Shown here: positions 7,793 to 15,468 of the stretch, one piece after another
How positions within the stretch are numbered: position 1 is the stretch's first letter
Layout of the letters: each line of letters opens with the position of its first letter
IMG/VR virus record: IMGVR_UViG_3300031853_000122
Source: a virus
Reading direction: 5' to 3' (one strand)
Length of the DNA stretch: 37,433 nt
Program-made: the position numbers and the translations under genes
The notes under the pieces: model-generated
What the model was told of the DNA's origin: nothing
Databases searched by the model: none
What the model saw: only the letters and a program-made list of their open reading frames with translations

Positions 7793-8173
7793 GTGTACAA
7801 CAAGTATAACGCTAAGAAATGCAAATGTGCAAGCGGTCACGCCCACGATAGCAAGAAAGAGGCGAAACGGTGCAATGAGCTGACTATTCTTGAAAAAGCA
7901 GGCATTATCAGCGGTTTACGTCAGCAGGTTAAGTTCGTGCTGATACCGACACAAAAAGAAGTGTCTCGGGAGTTATACACGAAAGGTCCGAAGAAAGGAC
8001 AGCCGAAAGAAGGGAAGGTCCTTGAAAAGGAATGTGCTTACTATGCGGACTTCTGCTATACCGAGAACGGACGATATATCGTAGAGGACACGAAGGGCAT
8101 GAGAACGCCCGACTATAAAATCAAGAAAAAGCTTATGCTGTATGTTCACGGCATAAGAATAACGGAGATATGA
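7793..8173 (+). CDS. DUF1064-type (PD-(D/E)xK-like) protein, possible junction resolvase
   Basis: GTG start. HDSKKEAKRCNEL...QVKFVL...YYADFCY...IVEDTKG matches the DUF1064 pattern. Confidence 0.55.
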   Translation: MYNKYNAKKCKCASGHAHDSKKEAKRCNELTILEKAGIISGLRQQVKFVLIPTQKEVSRELYTKGPKKGQPKEGKVLEKECAYYADFCYTENGRYIVEDTKGMRTPDYKIKKKLMLYVHGIRITEI

Positions 8174-8182
8174 GGTGATACT

Positions 8183-8413
8183 ATGGCAACATTAACCTGT
8201 ATAATCTGCGGCGTTGAGTTCGAGGGCATAACTCACGCCCGTAAAACTTGCCCTGATTGTTACATGAACCAGAGCAAGAGTCTGTTTCAGGAAGAAAAAC
8301 GCAGAAGAACAAAAAGCAAGCCAAATCAGCGGCTTTATGATGATGTCAAGGCAGCAACAGCCGCAGGGTTGAGCTATGGAAAGTACATGGGGAGGAAGAA
8401 TACGAATGGATAA
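8183..8413 (+). CDS. Small zinc-ribbon protein
   Basis: CIICG...CPDCY followed by a basic tail. Confidence 0.5.
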   Translation: MATLTCIICGVEFEGITHARKTCPDCYMNQSKSLFQEEKRRRTKSKPNQRLYDDVKAATAAGLSYGKYMGRKNTNG

Positions 8414-8916
8414 TTATAAGGAGTTTATCCAGTCAAAGCTAACTTGCGTTAAAGAGAGCGGCTTTGAGAGTAATAAAACCAAATATAATGCTAATCTCTT
8501 TGAATGGCAAAGGGATATAGTTCACTGGGCGCTGAGAAAAGGCAAAGCCTGTTTATTTGAAGACTGTGGACTTGGTAAGACTTTACAACAGCTATCATTT
8601 GCAGAAGAAGTATGCAAGTCCGATATGGACTGTTATAAACCCGTCAGACACATTGCAGTATAGATCGGCAAGGGATAACGAAGATGAAAAGCATATCTGC
8701 CCTTTGCAGCTGACAGTTATACGCAGAGCTTTAAACCTATGGACTAATCCCGATGACGTTGTTTTAACTCCTTTTATGGGCATTGGCTCAGAAGTTGTTA
8801 CGGCTCTTGAAAATGGGCGCAGAGCAGTTGGTGTGGAGCTTAAAAACAGCTATTACAAGCAGGCTGAGAAGAACGCAAGGGCGGTAACCGCTAATGAACA
8901 GCTCTCTTTGTGGTGA
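8406..8916 (+). pseudogene. DNA methyltransferase remnant with internal deletion and frameshift
   Basis: The N-terminal piece LFEWQRDIVHWALRKGKACLFEDCGLGKTLQQL ends at TAG 8661-8663. The C-terminal piece, in another frame, reads SPIWTVINPSDTLQ...HICPLQLTVIRRALNLWTNPDDVVLTPFMGIGSEV. The middle segment that normally carries the DPPY-type motif is absent. Confidence 0.6.
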
Positions 8917-8925
8917 GGTGATAAT

Positions 8926-9270
8926 ATGAAAGCATTAAGTTGCACACAGTGCAGAAATAAGATACACAAGGAAGAAAAAGAAGCTTTTCTCAAAGGGCAG
9001 TATGCAATACTGAAAGATGCGGCGTTCACCTTCGCCTGCTATGCTACAACGGCAGCTCTTGCGGCACAGGTAAGGCGTGGACGTTCAAAGGAGTATATCC
9101 AGAAGTTGTATGATGAAATGGTGATGATATTCGATACAGAGACATTCTTCGGCAAACAAATAACGCTCACCGATATCATGAAAGACTTGGAGAGTGACTA
9201 CGGCATAGACTTCAAGAGGATAAATGTTCACTTAGAGAGTGAGAAAGAATTTATCAAAGGCATACGCTGA
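8926..9270 (+). CDS. Hypothetical protein
   Basis: A 114-aa ORF with an RBS and no recognisable motif. Confidence 0.5.
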   Translation: MKALSCTQCRNKIHKEEKEAFLKGQYAILKDAAFTFACYATTAALAAQVRRGRSKEYIQKLYDEMVMIFDTETFFGKQITLTDIMKDLESDYGIDFKRINVHLESEKEFIKGIR

Positions 9271-9271
9271 G

Positions 9272-9366
9272 AGCGTTCAGATTAAACGTTAAGGGCGTTC
9301 TGATAGCTGAGTAGTATAATTACACTATGAAAATTAGAGTGCCAAAAAAACGGCGTTTAAAACGCT
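9272..9366 (+). promoter_or_regulatory. Promoter/operator module, copy B
   Basis: AGCGTTCAGATT (9272-9283), GTAGTATAATTA (TATAAT at 9315-9320) and the identical 21-mer AAAAACGGCGTTTAAAACGCT (9346-9366). The 43-bp spacing from the upstream box to the -10 matches copy A. Confidence 0.6.
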
Positions 9367-9390
9367 GAGAGAGTAAAGGAGTGAAAAAAC

Positions 9391-9753
9391 ATGAATGACG
9401 AATTTAAAGTTGACGATGTATCAGAGCAGAGTTTCAGAAGCGGATACACACAGGGCAAGTCCGAGGACAGCCGTATAATTCAGATAGCTAATCACTACGG
9501 CTACACAGCACAGAGTGATATTATCATCGAGGAGTGTGCAGAGCTGACACAGGCGATATGCAAGCTGCGGAGGGCATGGAGCAACGAACGGCTTGAAAAC
9601 GTCAAGGAGGAGCTTGCAGACGTGCTTATAATGGCACGTCAGCTCCGTGTGATGCTTGGGGCTGAGGATATTGACAGGATTATCGGAGAGAAGCTTGACA
9701 GGCAGATTGAGAGGATAGCTGATGAAGCGGTTAAAAGTGCTGATAGCCTGTGA
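9391..9753 (+). CDS. MazG-like nucleotide pyrophosphohydrolase
   Basis: IIEECAELTQAICKLRR...VKEELADVLIMARQL matches the MazG EExxE/ExxD helices. Confidence 0.65.
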   Translation: MNDEFKVDDVSEQSFRSGYTQGKSEDSRIIQIANHYGYTAQSDIIIEECAELTQAICKLRRAWSNERLENVKEELADVLIMARQLRVMLGAEDIDRIIGEKLDRQIERIADEAVKSADSL

Positions 9754-10456
9754 AGAAAGCCAGAGGGTGTGCATTGAGTTCAGAAAGCTCGGACACGAAG
9801 CATACAGCGCAGATATACAAGAACCGTCAGGCGGTCACCCTGAATGGCACGTCAAAGGTGATGTGTTAAATATTTTAAACGGGGGGGAGTTCAGCACTAT
9901 GGACGGAGCAGAGCATAGCGTTGATAAATGGGATTTGCTGATAGCTCACCCACCTTGCACATATCTGACAGTAAGCGGTAATCGGTGGTTTAATGTTGAG
10001 CGATACGGCGATACGGCGATACGGCGATACAAGGACAGAGAGCAAGCGGCTGAGTTCTTTATGAGATTTGTCAACGCAGACTGTGAGCATACAGCAATTG
10101 AAAATCCTATCGGCTACATGAATACACATTACCGTGAAGCTGACGAAATAATCCAGCCGTATGAATTCGGTCACCCTGTAAGGAAAGCAACGTGCTTGTG
10201 GTTGAAAAATCTGCCGACACTTACACCGACAAAGATAGTCAAGCCGGAAACAGCACAAAGCGGCGGTAAGAGCTATTCAGGACCTGCGCTGTATGCCAGG
10301 GACGAAAACGGTAAAATATTAGCGTGGAATGATCCGAGAACCGCAAGGGAGCGTTCAAAGACATATCCAGGCATCGCACAGGCAATGGCACAGGAATGGT
10401 CTGCATACCTTACAGGGCAGGCAGACAAGCAATTATCATTCTTTGAGGAAGTATGA
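9722..10456 (+). CDS. C5-methyltransferase-fold-like protein (function uncertain)
   Basis: LLIAHPPCTYLTVSG is like the PC motif and AIENP like the ENV motif, but no clear FxGxG SAM motif is present. The gene contains an 8-bp tandem repeat. Confidence 0.45.
   Translation: MKRLKVLIACEESQRVCIEFRKLGHEAYSADIQEPSGGHPEWHVKGDVLNILNGGEFSTMDGAEHSVDKWDLLIAHPPCTYLTVSGNRWFNVERYGDTAIRRYKDREQAAEFFMRFVNADCEHTAIENPIGYMNTHYREADEIIQPYEFGHPVRKATCLWLKNLPTLTPTKIVKPETAQSGGKSYSGPALYARDENGKILAWNDPRTARERSKTYPGIAQAMAQEWSAYLTGQADKQLSFFEEV
10001..10030 (+). repeat. 8-bp tandem repeat CGATACGG x3.75 inside a CDS
   Basis: The sequence cgatacgg cgatacgg cgatacgg cgatac was read directly. The unit length is not a multiple of 3. 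Confidence 0.9.
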
Positions 10457-10461
10457 AAGCT

Positions 10462-10483
10462 GACTGCTCAACTTTGAGCAGTC
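10462..10483 (+). promoter_or_regulatory. Intergenic perfect hairpin (9-bp stem, 4-nt loop) with no U tract
   Basis: GACTGCTCA-ACTT-TGAGCAGTC lies between stop 10456 and start 10500. Confidence 0.5.
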
Positions 10484-10499
10484 GGGAAAGGAGTATATA

Positions 10500-10955
10500 A
10501 TGGGAAAGAACACATTTACAAGCTATGAGGATGTATGCCGCAGACTTGCAGAGCTTGAAAGGAAAAATGCAGAACTTGAAAGCAAATATGAAGATCTGAA
10601 AGAGGAAAACAAAGCGCTTAGGTTAGGAAACCTTTGTCATGAACGCCTTGTAATGAGGGATATCACAAACTCAGATAAAGCAAAAAAACTTTTCTCGGTA
10701 GCAGCAAACAAAGGTGAGGTTGTTCATGATACAAAAACGCTTAGAGCTAACTTTAGCGTATTCTATCAGAACATCTTCAGAGCTTTACAGCCAGCCTGCC
10801 GTGAACACAGAGGAAACTATTCTCTGAAAATGAGAAATATCGGTGATCTTACCGATGAGGAATACAAAATATATCTTGATACGTTAGATGCTTGTATAGA
10901 GACAATCTTCTACGCAAAGCAGAAATTGCAGAAAGGTGGAAAAGAAAATGGATAA
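10500..10955 (+). CDS. Hypothetical protein with coiled-coil N-terminus
   Basis: RLAELERKNAELESKYEDLKEENKALR. Confidence 0.5.
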   Translation: MGKNTFTSYEDVCRRLAELERKNAELESKYEDLKEENKALRLGNLCHERLVMRDITNSDKAKKLFSVAANKGEVVHDTKTLRANFSVFYQNIFRALQPACREHRGNYSLKMRNIGDLTDEEYKIYLDTLDACIETIFYAKQKLQKGGKENG

Positions 10956-11436
10956 TAAAATGCCTACCCTTGAAGAATATATTATAATGCTTGATAATCA
11001 TCAGTTAGGCTGGAATGGCTACACATATCCAAATGAAGCCTGCAAGGAGGAAGAATACCAGCTCCGCACATGGTTACAGGAGCTTAGAGTTAGGCGGCGG
11101 TCTTGTAAGACCTATTCAGTGGCTATGAGAAAGGTTAACCCTAAGAGTGAACCTGACATCATAGAAGAACTAATAGCTGAAAATGAAGAATTAAAAGCAA
11201 AGGTTGCAATTGACGGTTGGCACAGCGTGGAAAAGGAAATGCCACCTACATGGTATACAGTGCTTGTATACTGTGAGAACGGACACATTGACTTGGGGAC
11301 ATACACAACAGACGGGGATTGGGTAAGCGACTGCCACATGCAGCCAATAGAAGGTGCAAAGTACTGGAAAATGGTTTATACACCACCTGAGTTGTGGGAA
11401 AAACAACAGGCGCAGACAAACGAGAAGGAGGACTAA
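10936..11436 (+). CDS. Hypothetical protein with DUF551-like C-terminus
   Basis: DGWHSVEKEMPPTWYTVLVYCENGHIDLGTY...YWKMVYTPPE. The start could instead be 10948. Confidence 0.5.
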   Translation: MEKKMDNKMPTLEEYIIMLDNHQLGWNGYTYPNEACKEEEYQLRTWLQELRVRRRSCKTYSVAMRKVNPKSEPDIIEELIAENEELKAKVAIDGWHSVEKEMPPTWYTVLVYCENGHIDLGTYTTDGDWVSDCHMQPIEGAKYWKMVYTPPELWEKQQAQTNEKED

Positions 11437-11438
11437 AA

Positions 11439-11609
11439 ATGAACTGTAAAAACTGTAAATACTTTGACAACACAAAGCCTGTTGATACGGCACATAACCC
11501 GAATGACAGGCACAAGACAGCAGAGCCGTATATTGGCAAATGCGAGAAGATAGAGCGTATCAAGATGATGAATGACAGTTGCAGGCTGTATGAGGGAAAG
11601 GAGGGGTGA
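11439..11609 (+). CDS. Small Cys-containing protein
   Basis: ATG at 11439 follows GAGAAGGAGG. Translation begins MNCKNCKYFDN. Confidence 0.45.
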   Translation: MNCKNCKYFDNTKPVDTAHNPNDRHKTAEPYIGKCEKIERIKMMNDSCRLYEGKEG

Positions 11610-11611
11610 AA

Positions 11612-11842
11612 ATGCAAGTGCCAGACCCGTGTTATAAGTGCGATAAGCGTACATTAGAGTGCAGATTGACTTGTGGAAAGTATAAGATATATCATGCACT
11701 TAAACTAAAAGAATATGAACAGAGGGCGCAAAGGTGGCAAGCTAAAAGTGATATATGCGGTCACATAAGTAAAACTATATATATGCGGAATAAGAGGTCT
11801 ACAAAGTGGACACCGCCAAAGAATGACGGGATAAAAAAGTGA
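11612..11842 (+). CDS. Small Cys-rich protein
   Basis: ATG follows GGAGGGGTGAAA. Translation begins MQVPDPCYKCDKRTLECRLTCGKY. Confidence 0.45.
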   Translation: MQVPDPCYKCDKRTLECRLTCGKYKIYHALKLKEYEQRAQRWQAKSDICGHISKTIYMRNKRSTKWTPPKNDGIKK

Positions 11843-11857
11843 ATAGGAGGGGTGAAA

Positions 11858-12307
11858 ATGACGATAGATCAAGAAATAAAACATCAAGAGGAAATATCAG
11901 ACCGTTATGCAAGAATGTCTGAGTATGAAGAAAATAATGGAAATGATGGAATAGCGAAAGATTGCGCTCAGTGTGCCGCAGATCACCGCCAACTTGCCGA
12001 ATGGCTGACAGACTACAAAGAGCTTAGAAACTCTCTTGGGGCTGTAAAACTCAATAATATGAAAGAAGCACTTGAACTGATACGGGCATACAAGGCAGAA
12101 AATGCAACGCTGAGAGAATTTAATGATAAAATATATGATGTATTATCTGAACAGTTCGGCTGCCCTTGCAATTTTAGTCTTATTGACGAGTATATGCTGA
12201 AAAACGGCGGCTGCGATGACTGCGGCGGTGCGATACCCGATAAGGAGTTTTGGAGCAGATACATACAAACAAAGCTGATAGGAGGCAGAACAGATGAAGA
12301 ACCGTGA
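11858..12307 (+). CDS. Hypothetical protein
   Basis: ATG follows the same GGAGGGGTGAAA leader seen at 11600. About 149 aa. Confidence 0.5.
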   Translation: MTIDQEIKHQEEISDRYARMSEYEENNGNDGIAKDCAQCAADHRQLAEWLTDYKELRNSLGAVKLNNMKEALELIRAYKAENATLREFNDKIYDVLSEQFGCPCNFSLIDEYMLKNGGCDDCGGAIPDKEFWSRYIQTKLIGGRTDEEP

Positions 12308-12512
12308 CCGCTACATACTCAAAGTCAATGAGTATGATATGCTCATAAAGATACAGGAAAATATCATGGACACAGGTTGCAACTGTATACTTGACGGAAT
12401 TACAGGCGAGATAATTAAATGTCTCGAAGAAATGAGGGGCAAAGTCGGAGCGCAGTCAAGGCTTGAAGTGTGCGGAAAGTGCATACAGAAATGGTTGAAT
12501 GAGGAGGGCTAA
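12294..12512 (+). CDS. Hypothetical small protein
   Basis: A 72-aa ORF overlapping its neighbour's end. Confidence 0.45.
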   Translation: MKNRDRYILKVNEYDMLIKIQENIMDTGCNCILDGITGEIIKCLEEMRGKVGAQSRLEVCGKCIQKWLNEEG

Positions 12513-12514
12513 AA

Positions 12515-12853
12515 ATGGCTGAGTATTTATGTAAAGAAGATATGAGCACAGGCGAGTATATAAGCCGTGACTTAGCTTTAAGGCAGTTAAACGCTACTTG
12601 TTTGGCGACAAGCTGTGATAATTACAACGGAGCGAGGTGCAGAGCATGTGCATACGCTGACGCTATGGACTTCATAGAAGCTATCCCAGCCTCAGACGTA
12701 CAGCCTTTATCCGTAGTTGCCAAACACATCAAGAGCAGACTGTATGAAACGGCTTTAAATACAAATGGGGCTGAGAGTGATACTATTGCAGCTATGGCAG
12801 AGCGTATTGACTTTTGGATTAACGAATTAAGGGGCGGTGATACAAATGGCTGA
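12515..12853 (+). CDS. Hypothetical protein, paralogue of the next gene (N-domain)
   Basis: EYISRDLALRQLN...AIPASDVQPL resembles KYISKDKALCFMN...EMPAEDVQPV in the next ORF. Confidence 0.5.
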   Translation: MAEYLCKEDMSTGEYISRDLALRQLNATCLATSCDNYNGARCRACAYADAMDFIEAIPASDVQPLSVVAKHIKSRLYETALNTNGAESDTIAAMAERIDFWINELRGGDTNG

Positions 12854-13139
12854 TAAGTACATAAGCAAAGATAAAGCTTTATGTTTTATGAACCATAACG
12901 ATAAAGTTGTACATTATTTATCACGAACCGCAGAAAATATGGTGTACAGAACAACACAAGCTCTATGTCAAGTAATATCTGAGATGCCAGCAGAGGACGT
13001 ACAGCCTGTGAAGCGTGGGCATTGGATAGAAACCGACTATGGTATGTACTATGAGTGCTCAGAGTGTGGTAATATCCAAGACTTTGGTCACAACTTCTGT
13101 GACAACTGCGGTGCTGATATGAGAGGTGATATAGAATGA
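12846..13139 (+). CDS. Hypothetical protein with C-terminal zinc ribbon
   Basis: MADKYISKDKAL...CSECGN...CDNCG. Confidence 0.5.
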   Translation: MADKYISKDKALCFMNHNDKVVHYLSRTAENMVYRTTQALCQVISEMPAEDVQPVKRGHWIETDYGMYYECSECGNIQDFGHNFCDNCGADMRGDIE

Positions 13140-13288
13140 TTATCATGTTTTTCGCCCTTGCCAGCTTGACTGGCTACATAATAGGGTACTTCACAGGCAG
13201 ACGATGCGCTCAGCAAGATATTAAGGATATGCGGCTTGAAGCTGGGTTGAATACAGAAACGGGGGAGAATGATGAACAGTATAAGTGA
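13136..13288 (+). CDS. Small membrane protein (50 aa)
   Basis: ATGA overlap with the upstream stop. MIIMFFALASLTGYIIGYFTG is a predicted TM segment. Below the track cut-off. Confidence 0.35.
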   Translation: MIIMFFALASLTGYIIGYFTGRRCAQQDIKDMRLEAGLNTETGENDEQYK

Positions 13289-13523
13289 TATGCCCGAGAA
13301 ATGGGCTGAAAGTGATAAAAAAACAGAGGCAACAGCATTTGAACAGGCGTTAAAAAGGATAAAGCCTATTGATAATATTCACACAGCATATCAGCGAGGA
13401 TATGAAGCTGGATATAAAGCAGCGGCAAAGCTCCTTGATGAGAACAAGCAGCTCAGAGAGGACAACCAGAAGTTGCGTGAAGCACTTATGAGAACTACAA
13501 CAGATAGATATGAATATGAATAG
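13269..13523 (+). CDS. Hypothetical coiled-coil protein
   Basis: LLDENKQLREDNQKLREAL. Ends in TAG followed by GAG TGA. Confidence 0.5.
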   Translation: MMNSISDMPEKWAESDKKTEATAFEQALKRIKPIDNIHTAYQRGYEAGYKAAAKLLDENKQLREDNQKLREALMRTTTDRYEYE

Positions 13524-13534
13524 GAGTGATACAG

Positions 13535-13819
13535 ATGCGGAATTATCAGCCAAAACCTGACAGGATAGATCATGAACCATACATGGCAGCAAGATATATA
13601 GCAATGTACAGCAAGCGCCTTGAACGTCAGGGCAAGGGTGCACTGCTCAGATCAGCCGTGAGATGTGCCCTTGAAACTATACCGAAGGAATACCGAAAGG
13701 GCGTATATGATAACCTTACAGACGGAAAGGCGTTTCCCTTAGATGCTTCTGAGGTAACATACAGGAGATACCGTTCACGGTTTATCCGTGCAGTAGCCGA
13801 ACAGTTAGAACTTGTATAG
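13535..13819 (+). CDS. Last early-region gene; possible late-gene regulator (positional guess only)
   Basis: About 94 aa and basic. It sits immediately before a strong terminator and the packaging region. Confidence 0.4.
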   Translation: MRNYQPKPDRIDHEPYMAARYIAMYSKRLERQGKGALLRSAVRCALETIPKEYRKGVYDNLTDGKAFPLDASEVTYRRYRSRFIRAVAEQLELV

Positions 13820-13827
13820 AATAATAA

Positions 13828-13861
13828 CCCCCGTGAAGTTGATACCACGGGGGAATTTTTC
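13828..13861 (+). terminator. Rho-independent terminator ending the early region
   Basis: CCCCCGTG (13828-13835) pairs with CACGGGGG (13846-13853), followed by AATTTTT. Confidence 0.75.
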
Positions 13862-13921
13862 TGAGTAAAATTAAAATTAGAAAAGCGACGGGGTGTTCTC
13901 CAACGGGAGAAAATGAGCTTA

Positions 13922-13970
13922 CCTCCCGAGCCTATTTTCGGAATTTCGGGTCGTTTCGGGAGGTTTTCTT
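13922..13970 (+). promoter_or_regulatory. Hairpin enclosing three TTTCGG direct repeats, followed by a T-rich run
   Basis: CCTCCCGA (13922-13929) pairs with TCGGGAGG (13956-13963). TTTCGG occurs at 13936, 13944 and 13954. TTTTCTT follows. Confidence 0.5.
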
Positions 13971-14292
13971 CCCCGTGGCTTTCTACACACCCTTTTTCTT
14001 ATTCCACATATATTTCCGTTCATCTTTGTGTCTCCTTATTTTACGCCGTGTCGTAACAACGGGGCGGCGGTTTTGCCAATTGCGAGGTAATGACTTACAG
14101 TTGACACCACCGGGCATGATTTGACATAGGTGAACCTCTTTACAAGCCGAAAAAGCCGCTGAAATATGCGGCTTATCGGCGTATCTACACGATGATAATA
14201 CAGAGATAGAGATGTACACTCGACAAACGGCAAGCCTTAGCCGCTTCTCTGTATTAACATAAATAAGGCAATTACTGAAAGGCGGTAATGTT

Positions 14293-15468
14293 ATGTTAGT
14301 AAAAATTCTTATTGACGATGAATTCAAGAACCTTATCCCACCTTTAACCGATGAAGAATACAAGGGGCTTGAAGATAGCATTGTAAAAGAGGGCTGCCGA
14401 GATGCTCTTATTTTATGGGGCAATACATTAATTGACGGTCACAACCGTTATGAGATATGCACTAAGCATAATATACCGTTTAAGACGGTTGAACATAATT
14501 TTGATAGTAGACAAGCTGTTATTGAATGGATAATACTCAACCAATTCGGGCGCAGAAATCTCCCTGCGCATGAAAGGGCGAGGCTTGCACTGAGATTAAA
14601 GCCTATAATTGCTGATAAAGCAAGAGAAAACAAGCAAGAAGCGGCAAACAAGATGAATGCGAGTATTGGCAACAACGTTTCCGCAGAAATCTGCGGAAAC
14701 GTGCCTCCAATTGAAACCCGTCAAGAGCTTGCCAAAGTCGCAGGAGTATCACACGATACCATAGCAAAGGTAGAGACTATCGAGCATAAAGCTCCAGAGC
14801 CAGTTGTTATGGCTTCAAGAAAAGGTGATATTTCTGTAAATAGTGCTTATGAGGTTACAAAGCTTGAACCACAGGAACAGAAAGAGATAGCACACCGCAT
14901 AGAACATATAGCAGAAGAACCAAAAGAGACAAGCACTCCAAAAGCTATTGTACAAGAAGTGCTGAAACGTCCACACGTTGCAAATAACAGCGGTAATAAC
15001 GAATGGTACACGCCTGCTGAGTTTATAGAAGCGGCTGTTGACGTTATGGGCTGTATTGATTTAGATCCTGCTTCAAATCCGATAGCAAACAAGGTTGTTA
15101 AGGCTGACAAGTATTATACGGCAGAAGATAACGGACTTGATAAAACATGGAGCGGCAATGTGTGGTTAAATCCCCCTTATGCTTCTGATTTAATCGGCAA
15201 ATTTGCAGATAAGCTCGTTTCTGAGAGAGAGAACTACACACAGGCAATAGTGCTTGTAAATAATGCAACTGAAACAGAATGGTTCAATAAAATCGTTTCT
15301 ATTGCATCTGCGGTATGTTTTCCAAAAAGCAGAGTTAAATTCTATATGCCAGACGGTAAGACAGGAGCACCGCTTCAAGGACAGGCAGTGTTATACATAG
15401 GAGAAAAGCCAAAAGAATTTACAGATGTTTTTTGTAAGTTAGGTTGGTGCTGCAATGTTATACACTGA
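14293..15468 (+). CDS. ParB-like nuclease domain fused to phage Dam-type N6-adenine DNA methyltransferase
   Basis: N-terminus: ILWGNTLIDGHNRYEIC (ParBc). C-terminus: NEWYTPAEFIEAA...LDPASN...VWLNPPYAS...VNNATETEWF (Dam family with NPPY). Confidence 0.75.
   Translation: MLVKILIDDEFKNLIPPLTDEEYKGLEDSIVKEGCRDALILWGNTLIDGHNRYEICTKHNIPFKTVEHNFDSRQAVIEWIILNQFGRRNLPAHERARLALRLKPIIADKARENKQEAANKMNASIGNNVSAEICGNVPPIETRQELAKVAGVSHDTIAKVETIEHKAPEPVVMASRKGDISVNSAYEVTKLEPQEQKEIAHRIEHIAEEPKETSTPKAIVQEVLKRPHVANNSGNNEWYTPAEFIEAAVDVMGCIDLDPASNPIANKVVKADKYYTAEDNGLDKTWSGNVWLNPPYASDLIGKFADKLVSERENYTQAIVLVNNATETEWFNKIVSIASAVCFPKSRVKFYMPDGKTGAPLQGQAVLYIGEKPKEFTDVFCKLGWCCNVIH

Noticed and set aside
13886-13976. 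tRNA or tRNA-like gene in the structured gap
   Set aside because: I could not draw a cloverleaf, and there are no T-loop GTTCRA or D-loop motifs. The pairing is better described as a nested hairpin with TTTCGG repeats.
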